Shown here: one piece after another, positions 1 through 11,016 of the stretch | Layout: every line of letters starts with the position of its first letter | Numbering within the stretch: position 1 is the first letter of the stretch | Origin: Candidatus Latescibacterota bacterium | Lineage (GTDB): Bacteria > Latescibacterota > UBA2968 > GCA-2709665 | Direction: 5' to 3' | Assembly: GCA_965226795.1 (NCBI GenBank) | Contig: CBDDDZ010000005.1 | Span: 1-64,000, forward strand | Length of the DNA: 64,000 bases | Notes under the pieces: generated by a model | The model's database searches: none | Seen by the model: the letters and a program-made list of their open reading frames with translations, nothing else | What the model was told of the DNA's origin: nothing | Program-made: the position numbers and the translations under genes

Positions 1-241
1 CCACCCTGCGGATGCGGTGTGTGCCGGTATCGGCAATGTAGACGTGGCCCTGGGCATCCGTGGCGGCCCCCAGGGGGATGCTTAGAGCAAGTTCGGTTGC
101 CGGTATGTTCTCGCCTTCCCGGTCACCACCGCCTGCAATGGTGATCAGCGTGCCGCGATTCTGAGCGAATGACGCATTCGCGAGTGCGAGCAGGACAACA
201 AGGAGGAACAGAGTCCGGTTATATGTTCGGATGGAGTGCAT
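1..241 (-). CDS. Secreted NHL-repeat protein, N-terminal part (runs off window)
   Basis: Manual translation, not in ORF track: MHSIRTYNRTLFLLVVLLALANASFAQNRGTLITIAGGG...GHVYIADTGTHRIRRV; signal peptide plus NHL motif VYIADTGxHRIRRV. Confidence 0.8.
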   Translation of the reverse strand, partial: MHSIRTYNRTLFLLVVLLALANASFAQNRGTLITIAGGGDREGENIPATELALSIPLGAATDAQGHVYIADTGTHRIRRV

Positions 242-293
242 AGTCTGGAATCGGGCGAAAACGCGCTGCGCGACGCCCTGAAGGCCGGCCGGT

Positions 294-1295
294 TCAACGC
301 CCTTCGTAGAGGTCCCGCCCCCTGACGAGGGCTTCGATCTTGCGGTCGGCGACGCTTCGCTGGAGCATCCAGAAGCCGCAGTCGGGATGGATGTAGGCGA
401 TTCGATCCGGCCCGAGGCGGCGGGCCGCGCTTTCGATGTCCGAGGCGATTTCGTCCGGGGTCTCCACGATATTGTTTTTGATGTCGATTACACCGATGCC
501 AATTCGGACGGATTCCGGAAGATCCTTCAGGGTTGCGGCGTGTTCGATTCCCATGCGTTTGAATTCGAGGACCAGATGGTCTGCTCTCAGGGCGGCGAGA
601 AAAGGGATCAGGTCCTGCCATGTTCCGCGCTGAACGGTTTGGCCGCCGTAGTTCCCGAAGCAGACGTGTACGGCCTTTTCGCACTGAATCGCATCGAGTA
701 CGGTATTTATCGCCCTGGCGGCCCACGTGGCTTCTTCAGGGTGTCCCGGGATATTCGCTTCGTCGACCTGGATCACGTCCGCGTCGACGTCCGTAACCTG
801 CCTGGCAAGGAGTTCGCCGAGGGTCATGGCCACGGCCTCGGGGTCTCCGTAGTGCCGGTCCATCAGGACTTTGCTGAGCATGTGCGGCCCGGTGAGCGTG
901 AACTTGAGCTTCGACCGGGTCAGAGGCCGGACCATCCGGAAGTCGGCCGGCAGATTGAGCGCGCCTTCGTCCAGCCCGCGTTCGATCATGCCTGCGGGCT
1001 CCGCTCGATAAGAGAGACCGGCTTCCGTGGCAAATGCGTTCATGTCCTCACGCCCGAACCGGGTGGTGACACCGCCCAGCCTTTGCGCGAAATAGTCAAT
1101 CATGCCGTTTGTTTCGGGATGATTGACGTCGAACCGGTAGAGTTCGCCGTCGACGACGACGTCGATCCCCGCCTCTTCCTGGGTTTTGAAAACGACCCGT
1201 ATGGCATCGATCAATGTCTGTCGGGAGGGTGAAGCTCGCAGCCAGTCCGGTACGGGATAGCTTCCAACGACGGTGGTGAGAATGCGGTGGGGCAT
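294..1295 (-). CDS. Cobalamin-independent methionine synthase II family protein (MetE C-terminal-domain type)
   Basis: TTVVGSYP start, DGE, QVDEA, HVC and PDCG Zn-ligand motifs; start taken at MPHR (1295). Confidence 0.85.
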   Translation of the reverse strand: MPHRILTTVVGSYPVPDWLRASPSRQTLIDAIRVVFKTQEEAGIDVVVDGELYRFDVNHPETNGMIDYFAQRLGGVTTRFGREDMNAFATEAGLSYRAEPAGMIERGLDEGALNLPADFRMVRPLTRSKLKFTLTGPHMLSKVLMDRHYGDPEAVAMTLGELLARQVTDVDADVIQVDEANIPGHPEEATWAARAINTVLDAIQCEKAVHVCFGNYGGQTVQRGTWQDLIPFLAALRADHLVLEFKRMGIEHAATLKDLPESVRIGIGVIDIKNNIVETPDEIASDIESAARRLGPDRIAYIHPDCGFWMLQRSVADRKIEALVRGRDLYEGR

Positions 1296-1339
1296 GGCTG
1301 AGGTTTTCGCGGGGAATCCCGGCATCCTGTTGATCGGGT

Positions 1340-2539
1340 TCACTGTTGCCGGGTCTTCCCGGATCTCAACTCCTGGCGGATCGCCTCCAGCCTGCTGCGG
1401 TTGCCGGGGTCGGGGCTTTTCAGGGCGTCCAACAGGAAAGCGACCAGGATGCTCAGGAGCAGGCTGAGACCCGCGGCGGTGCCAACGATCAGCACGCGCC
1501 GGGGGCGGCTTCGGAAGTCGGGTGGCACGGCAGGGTCCAGAACCACGACCAGGGACGTTTCCTTTTTTTCTTCGAAGCTGCTTTTTTCGTATTCCTGAAG
1601 TACGAATTGATAGATGAGGTTTCGGATTTCCATTTCCCGCATCAATCGCAGTGCCTGAAGTCCAAGGTCGGGGATCTGATCCATCGGAAGCATGATGCCG
1701 GGCAAATTGTGAACCGCGCGGCCGCTGCTGTCCGGGTCCGATCCCGAAATGATGCCGTCCAGCGCCTCTTTCGCGCCCTCGATTTCGATATCGAGTTGCC
1801 GGACTCTGCTGTTGTCGGGGTTCATCTGGAGGGCGGCGATTTCCCGCCTGATAAACATTTCGCCCAGCGTTGAGGTGATGAGGGAGGAGTAGGCGTCAAT
1901 CTGTGCCTTGGTCTGGGTTTCGATGTCGATGGCCGAATGCTCCTTTTGGAACGCATTGTAGGCCTGTTCGGCTTCGGTCATTCGTTGCTCGGCCTGCGCG
2001 AGGCGTTTTTCCAGGTAGTTGCGAAGGTCGCGCGCCTGTTGTTCGCGCCGGTGCCTGAGCGCAAGGTCGAGTTCTACGACGAAGGCATTGGCGATTTCGG
2101 CGGCTTGTTGAGGGGTTTCCGCTTCGTAGGACACGGTCAGGAATTGCTCGCGGGAGAGTTCCACTTCCAGCCGGTCGTCGACCATCTGCAGGAGTTCCTC
2201 GCGGGTTTCGGCCTCGTATGCTTCCTGAAGTTTGAAACGGCGTATGATGGCTTCGGCCACCCGCTGGCTCTTGAGGATGGGCACGAATTCGGTAGCCGAA
2301 ACGCCGTTTTCCCCCAGGCCCAGCATGCCCACCGGCAGCTTTTCAAGAATGGCGGAGATTCCAAGCGATCCCTGGCTCTCGCTGGGTGGAAATAAAACGG
2401 CGCTCGCGCGGTAGACCGGGGTGATGATCAGACTGACGCCCGCTGTCAATACCGATACGGTGAAGCAGGTGACGAGTATCATTCGCCGCCAGCGGACAAG
2501 GACGGCCAGATGGTCGAGGAAATTCTTTTCGGGTTCCAT
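1340..2539 (-). CDS. Wzz/GumC-family polysaccharide chain-length determinant
   Basis: N- and C-terminal TM segments, PVYRASA, coiled-coil centre, VLDPAVPP...PRR motif. Confidence 0.85.
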   Translation of the reverse strand: MEPEKNFLDHLAVLVRWRRMILVTCFTVSVLTAGVSLIITPVYRASAVLFPPSESQGSLGISAILEKLPVGMLGLGENGVSATEFVPILKSQRVAEAIIRRFKLQEAYEAETREELLQMVDDRLEVELSREQFLTVSYEAETPQQAAEIANAFVVELDLALRHRREQQARDLRNYLEKRLAQAEQRMTEAEQAYNAFQKEHSAIDIETQTKAQIDAYSSLITSTLGEMFIRREIAALQMNPDNSRVRQLDIEIEGAKEALDGIISGSDPDSSGRAVHNLPGIMLPMDQIPDLGLQALRLMREMEIRNLIYQFVLQEYEKSSFEEKKETSLVVVLDPAVPPDFRSRPRRVLIVGTAAGLSLLLSILVAFLLDALKSPDPGNRSRLEAIRQELRSGKTRQQ

Positions 2540-4221
2540 TAACGGCTGATGCTCCGTACCGCAATGACCAGAGCGGCCACCTGTGAAAGCACGACCAGCG
2601 TCTCACGAAAGAGCCGCCAGCCGTGCACGGGTTTTTTGCCCATGATAAAAATGGTGTCTCCAGGATCGACGCGCTGAATTCTGGAGGCTTTCGTCCAGTT
2701 TCCGGTGCTGCCCTGTATCACGTATATTTCGCCTCTTTCCGCCTGTTCGTTCAATCCGCCCGCCCTGTTGATGTAGTCCTGGACGCCGAGATCCGGTTCG
2801 TAGGGAATTGCGCCCGGGGTGATGACGTATCCATTGACCGCAACCGAGGGTACAAGCCTGGGTATCCTGACGATATCCCCTTCTCTTAGCAGGAGGTTCT
2901 GCGAGTCGTCCTTTTTCTCAAAAAGAGCGACAAAGTCCACCGGCAGGCGGCCGGACATCTGCTGTTTTTGCATGGCCAGGAAGGTCCGCTGGGCGTCGGT
3001 CAGACTGATGGGTCCAACGCCCTGCAGTTGCTTCGGACCGGCCACCCCTTTCGGAAACTCGACGCGGCGGACCACGATGGATTGGGCGAGAGAGGCTTTG
3101 GGCGTGAATCCTCCGGCCTTCCGGATCAGTTCTTTCAGCGTCATCCCGGAGCCGATGAAATAGGATCCGGGGAAGTAGACCTCGCCTTCGACGTTGACCC
3201 GCCGCTCCTTCACGGCCACGTGCAGTTTATCCCCGGCTCGCAGCGGCAGGTTCGCATCCGCGTCGCCATCCAGTGCCTGCGAAAGTCGGACGGCGTGCCG
3301 CTCTTCGCGTTCTTCCGCGAAAAAAGAACGGAGCAGTTCAGCGCTTGCGGTGGTTGCCTCGCCGTTCAACCCCCCGGCAAGAGCAATCAGATCGGAAACG
3401 CGATCACCGGTCATGAATTCGTAACTTCCGGGTCTATAGACCGCGCCGGAAATACGCACGGAGTCCGTGAGCGCCGGGACGAAAATCTGATCTCCGTCCA
3501 GCAGGAAGGGGTTGTGGGAGATATCGCCCGAGAGCCGCCACAGGGCGAGATCCGCCCCGCGCTCGGCATCCATCGGTGCGCCGCTTTCGGATAGCCGCTG
3601 AATCTGAATGTTCCGTTGAGAAGCCCTGCCATCCGGCGGTTTCAGTACCCCGCCCGCCTGGCTGATGAGTTCGGAAACCTGCTCGGTCCCTTCGACCATG
3701 TAGGTGCCGGGATGGACCACCTGTCCGACGACGTTGACCGGAAAACTGCGTAGCCGGGCGAGCGAGATCCGGATGTCGAGACTTCGCAGGTTGTCACTGA
3801 CCGCGTCCTGGATTCTCTTTCGGCTTTCTCCCAGGTTGAGTCCCGCAAGCTGAATGGCGCCGACATAGGGAATATCCAGTTTGCCTTCCGCACCCACGAG
3901 AACCGGGAGCGTGATGGGTTCCTCTCCGGCTTCGATATGGATGCTGAAGGTATCACCGGGACCGACGATGTAGCGCTCGGAACGAATGATGGCGTCGTAG
4001 GCGATTTTGCCGATCCATTTCACGTCCAGGCCCCGCATCTCGTCCGGTTGGAGCGTTGAACCGATGGATCTGCGATCCGATCTCCGCCGACTGGATTCCG
4101 GTCGGCCCGATCCGGATTGCGCGAAGAGCATGACGGGCTCCGAGATCAGCCCGACGGCAAGCAGGATCGCAAGAAGACGGCAAGCGGGAGATGGTTTACG
4201 ATAAGAGAAAAACCCTGTCAT
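2539..4221 (-). CDS. SLBB-domain polysaccharide export protein (Wza/KpsD-like)
   Basis: YIVGPGD poly_export motif and repeated VxGxVxxPGxY...AGG SLBB units. Confidence 0.85.
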   Translation of the reverse strand: MTGFFSYRKPSPACRLLAILLAVGLISEPVMLFAQSGSGRPESSRRRSDRRSIGSTLQPDEMRGLDVKWIGKIAYDAIIRSERYIVGPGDTFSIHIEAGEEPITLPVLVGAEGKLDIPYVGAIQLAGLNLGESRKRIQDAVSDNLRSLDIRISLARLRSFPVNVVGQVVHPGTYMVEGTEQVSELISQAGGVLKPPDGRASQRNIQIQRLSESGAPMDAERGADLALWRLSGDISHNPFLLDGDQIFVPALTDSVRISGAVYRPGSYEFMTGDRVSDLIALAGGLNGEATTASAELLRSFFAEEREERHAVRLSQALDGDADANLPLRAGDKLHVAVKERRVNVEGEVYFPGSYFIGSGMTLKELIRKAGGFTPKASLAQSIVVRRVEFPKGVAGPKQLQGVGPISLTDAQRTFLAMQKQQMSGRLPVDFVALFEKKDDSQNLLLREGDIVRIPRLVPSVAVNGYVITPGAIPYEPDLGVQDYINRAGGLNEQAERGEIYVIQGSTGNWTKASRIQRVDPGDTIFIMGKKPVHGWRLFRETLVVLSQVAALVIAVRSISR

Positions 4222-5117
4222 TCGGTGGTTGCCCCGTCTCGATCGACGCGCAGAACGTCAGTGTCGGCCTGGATTTCCTGTTGCGCCCATGCGTTTTTCA
4301 TGGCGGCCGCTATGTCCGGCGCGTCATCGGTCGCAAAAGCCAGCAACGTCGGACCGGCGCCGCTGAGGCAGGCGCCCAGGGCTCCCGCTTCTTCGGCCGC
4401 ATCGAGCACGTGGTCGATTCCCGGCACGAGTGACGCCCTGTAGGGCTGGTGGAGGCGGTCGCGCATCGCGGATTTCAGAGCGAGGAGGTTCCCGCTCATC
4501 AGCGCTGCCGTAACCAGGCATGCGCGGCCCACGTTAAATACCGCATCCCGGTGCGGTACCTGTTCCGGCAGAGCTGCGCGCGCGGCTTCCGTTTTGAGTT
4601 CAAAGCGGGGAACCGCGACAACCGCGCGAAGTTCCGGTGGCGGCAGCGCCCGTATCGATTCAACCCGACCGTCTTCATAGGAGCAGATTACCAGACCGCC
4701 CAGCAGGCAGGGCGCTACGTTGTCGGCGTGGCCCTCCAATTCGGTGGCGAGATCGAGCAGGGCGGATTCGGAAAGGGGTTCACCCATGAGCAGGTTGGCC
4801 GCATAAACGCCGGCCACGATGGCGGTGGAACTGCTTCCCAGCCCGCGAGACAGCGGAATCCCGTTGTGCATCTCCACTTCCAGCCCCGGCAGGGATCGGC
4901 CGGCGCGTCGCGCGGCCGTGTCGGCCGATCGGAAGAAAAGGTTGGTTTCGTCCACCGGAAGTTGCCCTGCGCCTTCCCCTGTGACGCGCATCCGCCGATG
5001 CGCGCCGGATACCGTCCGGACAAGAATCCGGTTGTAGACGGTCAATGCAAGGCCCAGGGCGTCGAATCCGGGACCCAGGTTGGAGGTGGAGCCAGGTGCT
5101 CTCAGGCGGATTTCCAT
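4218..5117 (-). CDS. thrB: Homoserine kinase
   Basis: SNLGPGFDALG, PLSRGLGSSS, EGHADN, LSGAGPT. Confidence 0.95.
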   Translation of the reverse strand: MEIRLRAPGSTSNLGPGFDALGLALTVYNRILVRTVSGAHRRMRVTGEGAGQLPVDETNLFFRSADTAARRAGRSLPGLEVEMHNGIPLSRGLGSSSTAIVAGVYAANLLMGEPLSESALLDLATELEGHADNVAPCLLGGLVICSYEDGRVESIRALPPPELRAVVAVPRFELKTEAARAALPEQVPHRDAVFNVGRACLVTAALMSGNLLALKSAMRDRLHQPYRASLVPGIDHVLDAAEEAGALGACLSGAGPTLLAFATDDAPDIAAAMKNAWAQQEIQADTDVLRVDRDGATTE

Positions 5118-6220
5118 TCCATCTCCCTGACCAGTTCCGCACAGACCACATCCGCCAGCAGAAGTCCGCGGCGGGTGAGCCGGATCCGTCCGCCTCCGCG
5201 TTCGAGAAGGTGATCCGGAATGCAGGAGGTCGATCTGCCGCGTGTGCCCAACAATGTTTCGGGTATACCATTGGCACGGCGGAGACCGAGCATCACCTGT
5301 TCCACGAGCCTGTCCCTGGAAGAGATAACCTCTTCCCCGTCAACGGCGACGCCTGAAGATTCCACACTCCTTATATACGCCATGAGGGGGCGGATGTTCC
5401 AGGCGCGGCGGTCCCTGAAAAAGGAATGGGCTGAAAGACCGATCCCGAGATAGGGGCGCCGGTCCCAGCAGGCGATATTTTGGCGGCAGGCAAAACCGGG
5501 TTGTGCGAAGTTCGAGACTTCGTACTGGATATAACCGGCCGCGCACAGCTTCTCCTGCGCGATCTCGTACATTTCGGCCTGGGCATCTTCGGGAGGCAGC
5601 GGCAGGCGGTTCTCTTTCATCCTGCGGTCAAACGCGGTGCCGGGCTCGATGGTCAGCCCGTAGACGGAGACGTGCTCCGGACGGAGGTCCACGGCGCGGT
5701 CCAGGGTTCCCCGCCACGCGGTTGTCGTCTGCCGGGGCGCGGAGAAGATAAGGTCGATGTTAAGGTTTTCGAAGCCGGCCCGGCGCGCGGCGCCGACGGC
5801 TGCCTCGCCATCGGCAGAAGTGTGCCCCCTGCCCAGGGCACGGAGCGTGGGATTGTCCAGGGCCTGTACGCCCAGGCTGATCCGGTTGATGCCCATGGCC
5901 GCCAGGTCGGCGAATCGCGAGCGATCTTCCGGGTTGGCTTCGGCGGAAATCTCCGCATCCGGGGCGATCCGCGAAAACGTTCGGGCGGCATCCAGAATCC
6001 GATTCAGCGAGTCCGGTGGAATTTCCGAAGGCGTGCCGCCGCCGAAATAGACCGTGTCGAAAACCGTGCGGCTGCCCACGTGCGGGAGGCGGGTTTGAAA
6101 CTCACGGATGATCGCACCCGTGTACCGTTCCGCCAGGTGCGTCTTGCCTACGTCGAAAGCGAAGTCGCAATAGGGACACCTGGATTTACAGAACGGAATG
6201 TGGATGTAAAGACCGGACAT
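5102..6220 (-). CDS. hemW: Radical SAM heme chaperone HemW
   Basis: LYIHIPFC..RCPYCDF, YFGGGTPS, YEVSNF; next to lepA. Confidence 0.9.
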   Translation of the reverse strand: MSGLYIHIPFCKSRCPYCDFAFDVGKTHLAERYTGAIIREFQTRLPHVGSRTVFDTVYFGGGTPSEIPPDSLNRILDAARTFSRIAPDAEISAEANPEDRSRFADLAAMGINRISLGVQALDNPTLRALGRGHTSADGEAAVGAARRAGFENLNIDLIFSAPRQTTTAWRGTLDRAVDLRPEHVSVYGLTIEPGTAFDRRMKENRLPLPPEDAQAEMYEIAQEKLCAAGYIQYEVSNFAQPGFACRQNIACWDRRPYLGIGLSAHSFFRDRRAWNIRPLMAYIRSVESSGVAVDGEEVISSRDRLVEQVMLGLRRANGIPETLLGTRGRSTSCIPDHLLERGGGRIRLTRRGLLLADVVCAELVREMEWKSA

Positions 6221-6254
6221 AAGCGCCAGGATTTAATGGAACAGCGAGACGTCT

Positions 6255-7016
6255 TTATTTAACCATCCGGCCGATTCGGCCCCACCGTGCGCGCCCGAAT
6301 CCGTGTAGAAGGTTATAGATGGCCATCCTGGGTATTGAAAGGATGTTTTTGAACTCCGGAGCCCCCGGATCCGGCGCCCACGACCAGTAGATGATGTTCG
6401 CCTGCGCCCGGATGCGCTTTTTCTCCAGGAATCCCCAGTAGCGGCTGTCCTCGCTGTTGTCCCTGTTGTCTCCCATGACGAAATAGTGGCCTTCGGGAAC
6501 CCTCGCGAGTTGCATGTTGTCGCGAACGCCGCTGGGAGACGAGACGGGCAGAATCACCGGATCCGCGTATTTGGAAAGCGGCGGATCCACGGTGCGCTTT
6601 CCATCCACGTATAGTATCTTGTCGCGAATTTCGACGTTCTGGCCCGGGCCGGCCACCACACGTTTGATGAAGTCCCGATCCGGATCTCTCGGATACTCGA
6701 AAATAACGATATCGCCCGGTCCCGGATTTCTGAAACCGGGGAGCCGGGCGTCCGTGAATGGAATTCTGGCGCCGTATATGAATTTGTTGGCCAGCAGAAA
6801 GTCGCCTACCTGAAGCGTGTTTTCCATAGAGCCCGAGGGAATGCTGAAGGCCTGAGCCACAAAGGTTCGCATAAAAAGCGCCAGGGCAACGGCCATCAGA
6901 ATGGCTTCGAGATATTCTCTGGCCACGGACTTTTTCCCTCGCCCGGTTTTTCCCTTCCGGGCTTTCCGGGCCGGGGCCTTTTTGCCGGCCCTCTTGCGTC
7001 GCACAGATTTGACCAT
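6255..7016 (-). CDS. lepB: Signal peptidase I
   Basis: IPSGSMENTL, FIKRV, MGDNRDNSEDSRYWG; start taken at MVKSV, downstream of lepA. Confidence 0.93.
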   Translation of the reverse strand: MVKSVRRKRAGKKAPARKARKGKTGRGKKSVAREYLEAILMAVALALFMRTFVAQAFSIPSGSMENTLQVGDFLLANKFIYGARIPFTDARLPGFRNPGPGDIVIFEYPRDPDRDFIKRVVAGPGQNVEIRDKILYVDGKRTVDPPLSKYADPVILPVSSPSGVRDNMQLARVPEGHYFVMGDNRDNSEDSRYWGFLEKKRIRAQANIIYWSWAPDPGAPEFKNILSIPRMAIYNLLHGFGRARWGRIGRMVK

Positions 7017-7063
7017 TTGTCTGGTTTTAAGGCTCGGGCCCGCGGAGATCCGGACCCGCAACG

Positions 7064-8863
7064 TTACTTTTCCATACGCAGGACGGCGAGGAATGCTTCC
7101 TGGGGAATCTCGATGTTTCCCACCTGCTTCATCCGTCGTTTTCCTTCCTTCTGTCTTTCCAGAAGTTTCCGTTTTCTGGTAACGTCTCCACCGTAGCACT
7201 TGGCAGTAACGTTCTTCCGGTACGGACGTACGGATGTCCTGGAGATTATTTTCTTGCCGATGGCGGACTGGATGACAACCTCGAACATCTGTCGCGGGAT
7301 GAGTTCCTTGAGCTTGGAGCAGATCGCCCGACCCCATTCGTAGGCTTTGTCCCGATGCACAACGGCGGACAGAGCGTCGACGGGGTCGTCATTGATGAGC
7401 AGGTCGAGTTTGACCAGATCGGCGGACCGATGTTCTTTGTAATCGTAGTCGAACGAGGCATAACCGCGGCTGACGGATTTGAGGCGGTCATAAAAATCGA
7501 GTACGATTTCGGAGAGGGGAAGTTCGTAACGCAGCAGGGCGCGCGCGGGATCCACGTATTCGGTGGTTATGTAGTTTCCTCGACGTTCCTGGGCAACCTG
7601 CATGACCGCGCCGATGTACTCGGACGGAACCAGGATCTGCGCGTTGAGAACGGGTTCTGCGATTTCTTCGATCTTAATGGCGGGGGGCATCTCGGCGGGA
7701 TTGTGCACGATTTCGACGTCCCCGTTGGTGAGCAGGACTTCGTACTCCACGTTGGGTACGGTGGTGATAATTTCCATGTCGAATTCGCGGGCGAGGCGCT
7801 CCTGTACGATTTCCATGTGAAGCAGGCCCAGGAAACCGCAACGGAAACCGAACCCCAGGGCGGTGGAGGTCTCCGGCTCGAAACGGAGCGACGCGTCGTT
7901 CAGACGCAGTTTCTCCAGGGCCGTTCGAAGGCCCGTATATTCTTCCGCGTCTACGGGATAGACGCCGGAAAAGACCATGGGTTTGACTTCCCGGTACCCG
8001 GGTAACGGTTCCCCGGCGGGTCGGTTGCACCCGGTAACGGTGTCGCCCATGTGTAGATCTTCAAGGTCCTTCACGCCCGCGATGAGATAACCGACTTCTC
8101 CGGCCCGGAGCGTCTGCGTCTTTACGCGTTTCAGTTTGAGGACGCCGATTTCTTCGGCTTCGAATTGACGCCCGGTGAAAAAAAACCGGATGGGCATGTC
8201 GGTCTGAAGGCTGCCCTGGAAAACGCGGATCGAGGCGACGGCGCCGCGGTAGCGGTCGAAGATGGAATCGAAGATCAGGGCCTGGAGAGCCGCGTCGGGA
8301 TCGCCCGTCGGCGGGGGTATCCGTTCGATGATCGTCCCAAGCAGGCCGTCGACGCCCACGCCCTGTTTGGCGCTTATTTTGTGGATTTCGGATTCTTCAA
8401 CACCCAGGAGGTCGTGGATCTGCATAACCACCCGGTCCACGTCGACGTTGGGCAGATCAATCTTATTAATGACCGGGATGATCTCAAGATCGTGTTCCAG
8501 CGCGAGAAGGACGTTGCTGATCGTCTGGGCCTCCACACCCTGTGCGGCGTCGACCAGGAGGAGGGCGCCTTCGCAGGCGGCCAGGCTTCGGGAAACTTCG
8601 TATGAGAAATCGACGTGACCCGGCGTGTCGATAAGGTTGAGCACATATGTCTGACCATTGGAGCACCGGTAGTCCATCCGGACGGCGTGGGACTTGATGG
8701 TGATGCCGCGTTCCCGTTCCAGGTCCATGTCGTCCAGGACCTGGTCCACCATATCTTTCCGTGTCAGGGTTGAGGTCTTTTCAAGGAGACGGTCCGCCAG
8801 GGTCGATTTGCCGTGGTCGATGTGGGCAATGATGCAGAAGTTCCTGATATTCTGGGTACTCAT
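7064..8863 (-). CDS. lepA: Elongation factor 4 (LepA)
   Basis: [53 protein letters not shown] before ATG 8863. Confidence 0.98.
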   Translation of the reverse strand: MSTQNIRNFCIIAHIDHGKSTLADRLLEKTSTLTRKDMVDQVLDDMDLERERGITIKSHAVRMDYRCSNGQTYVLNLIDTPGHVDFSYEVSRSLAACEGALLLVDAAQGVEAQTISNVLLALEHDLEIIPVINKIDLPNVDVDRVVMQIHDLLGVEESEIHKISAKQGVGVDGLLGTIIERIPPPTGDPDAALQALIFDSIFDRYRGAVASIRVFQGSLQTDMPIRFFFTGRQFEAEEIGVLKLKRVKTQTLRAGEVGYLIAGVKDLEDLHMGDTVTGCNRPAGEPLPGYREVKPMVFSGVYPVDAEEYTGLRTALEKLRLNDASLRFEPETSTALGFGFRCGFLGLLHMEIVQERLAREFDMEIITTVPNVEYEVLLTNGDVEIVHNPAEMPPAIKIEEIAEPVLNAQILVPSEYIGAVMQVAQERRGNYITTEYVDPARALLRYELPLSEIVLDFYDRLKSVSRGYASFDYDYKEHRSADLVKLDLLINDDPVDALSAVVHRDKAYEWGRAICSKLKELIPRQMFEVVIQSAIGKKIISRTSVRPYRKNVTAKCYGGDVTRKRKLLERQKEGKRRMKQVGNIEIPQEAFLAVLRMEK

Positions 8864-9190
8864 CCTCCGGACGCTCTTTGACTGATGTCCTGTCCCGGAC
8901 ATGGATTGCCGAAATTCGGCCGACGAGACGGGATGAACCTGCGGAAGAATGCTGGGATATTTCGGGGACGGGACATTAATGGCAACTTCAAAAAATTCAA
9001 CCGTCTACACACACTTTATATTAAAGGCTAAAATATACTCTGTTCGAGGTTTGAAGTCAATCGCAGAAGGGGAATTGCCACGGGCTGGACGACCGTGAAG
9101 ACCGGATTCGGGTGAAAGGCCGAGAGACCGGACCCGATCCGTTGAGTTCGCGGCGACGGGTTAGTGGCCGGGTTTTGGGGCTCAAAGGGG

Positions 9191-9220
9191 TTGACATACC
9201 GGAAAACCGGTCGGTATATT
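9191..9220 (+). promoter_or_regulatory. Sigma70-like promoter overlapping an ATACCG...CGGTAT inverted repeat (possible operator)
   Basis: TTGACA-N18-TATATT upstream of the 9262 gene. Confidence 0.55.
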
Positions 9221-9261
9221 GAATAAAAACCGGAATCGGTTCTTGGGAGGATCCTGGCATT

Positions 9262-10473
9262 ATGGAAAGGCTTCGGATTGCGGTGATTGGTGTGGGCGTG
9301 GATCCGGGTTCCCGGGCGCGCCAGTATCTCAGTACAATCGTGCGGCTGAAGGATCATTTCGAACTGGTCGGGATCTGCGACCGCGGCGAAGGCGCGCTGG
9401 CCGAAGCGTCAGCGGGCGCTTCAACGGCCTGTTTCCGGGATATCCGATCCCTCTTTGCCTCGGCAAAACCCGACGTAGTACTGAGTATGACGCCCAAGGA
9501 CTCCCACGGCGTGATCGCGATGACGGCTGCACGGCACGGGGCCCACGTCATAACCGAAATTCCCGTAGGGCTCACCAGGAGATACGCACGGGCGGTCGCG
9601 CAGACCTGCCGCGAACATGGCGTGCTCTGGGAGGTCGCCGAGCAGGTATGGTTATGGCCCCGGGAGCGACTGAAGAGAAGAATCATCGAGGCCGGCCTGC
9701 TGGGCGAATTGACCCATTCCAGGCTATGGTACCTTACGGGTCAATATCACGGATTCAACGGAGTCCGCGCTTTGCTGGGCGAAGATGCGAAACGGGTGCT
9801 GGGTTATTGCGGTGAAGTGTCAACGGTCCCGTACGACGCGTACGGCGGGGAGCGAGAGACCACGGTGATGTGGGATCACGCGGTGGTGGAGTTCGAAAGC
9901 GGTATCGTGTGTCTCTTCGAAAAACCGCCTCGTGTCTTTCCCTCCGCGGCGCAGGGCTTCCCCACCGGATGGCACGTGGAAGGGACCAGGGGACACCTGG
10001 ACCAGAGTCAACTTGTACTGTACGGCGAAGAAACTTCGCGGTCTTACGATCTGCAAGAGCGGTACGAGTACGTCGACGGGCAATCCGTACTGGATGTTGC
10101 GCAGGTGGATACGGACCCGCCCGTCGTCTGGGAGAATCCGTACAGGAAGTGGCGCATCGGATCGGCCGACGACGTCGCCAAGGCAAGCATTCTGGTCAGT
10201 TTCCACGGTGCGATAACCGGTGGCGGCCGGCCGCAGTACGGGCATGAGAACGCGTTGAAAGACTGGGAGATCTGCCTGGCGGTTCGGGAAAGTGCCGATC
10301 GAGGGAATACCTGGGTCGACCTGCCCCTGGGCGAACCGACGGGGCTGGAGCGAAAAATCGAGGCGGAATTCGTGCGGCGCTACGGCCACGACCCCGTTGA
10401 AGAGACCGAACAGCTTCTGGACGCGCCGTTCAACCGGTCGGCCACGCTGTGGCCCTTTGCGCATTGGCTGTGA
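9262..10473 (+). CDS. Gfo/Idh/MocA-family oxidoreductase
   Basis: LRIAVIGVG Rossmann start, HVITEIP (EKP-equivalent). Confidence 0.8.
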   Translation: MERLRIAVIGVGVDPGSRARQYLSTIVRLKDHFELVGICDRGEGALAEASAGASTACFRDIRSLFASAKPDVVLSMTPKDSHGVIAMTAARHGAHVITEIPVGLTRRYARAVAQTCREHGVLWEVAEQVWLWPRERLKRRIIEAGLLGELTHSRLWYLTGQYHGFNGVRALLGEDAKRVLGYCGEVSTVPYDAYGGERETTVMWDHAVVEFESGIVCLFEKPPRVFPSAAQGFPTGWHVEGTRGHLDQSQLVLYGEETSRSYDLQERYEYVDGQSVLDVAQVDTDPPVVWENPYRKWRIGSADDVAKASILVSFHGAITGGGRPQYGHENALKDWEICLAVRESADRGNTWVDLPLGEPTGLERKIEAEFVRRYGHDPVEETEQLLDAPFNRSATLWPFAHWL

Positions 10474-10797
10474 GAGAGGAAGTGGTATCCAGAAGCTGTT
10501 TTTTTGCCGGACGTCGACGATCCACCCTTTCCTCCGGACACTTGGCTGTTGTAAAGGGCGGGCCGCTCGACATGCTGGCTCTGCGTGAGCGTTTGCAAAC
10601 CAGAATAAAAGCAAGATTTGAGTGACAAAGGCCTCTCGGAATTGGGGAAATTGGTTATCTTATGGACGCAATACCATCTGCACGGCATTAGATTCGATCG
10701 ACAAAAAGAATAAGGACGTTTAGGAGCCGGAATACCCGATTGAAAGGGCAAAGAGGTTTCTGAGCAGTGGGGCATGGTTGATAGAGGAGGCAAGGTT

Positions 10798-11016
10798 ATG
10801 GGTCTTGTTGATGGGACAATAAGGTTGATTGAGCGTGTTGTAAAGGGCGGGCGCTCAGACGATTCTGTCCAGAACGTTACGGATGACAAAGCCTGGGACG
10901 AGGTTCAGGCTGCGGATATAGACGAGGGCCTTCGCAGCGGCAGGATTAAGATGCTGTCTGCAGAGGAGTCCCAGGAAGCGATTGACGCTCTCAAGAAGAA
11001 GTGGGACATTTCTTGA
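10798..11016 (+). CDS. Small acidic protein, putative antitoxin of the downstream RelE-like gene
   Basis: GAGGAGG RBS; stop overlaps TTG start of the RelE-like ORF. Confidence 0.5.
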   Translation: MGLVDGTIRLIERVVKGGRSDDSVQNVTDDKAWDEVQAADIDEGLRSGRIKMLSAEESQEAIDALKKKWDIS

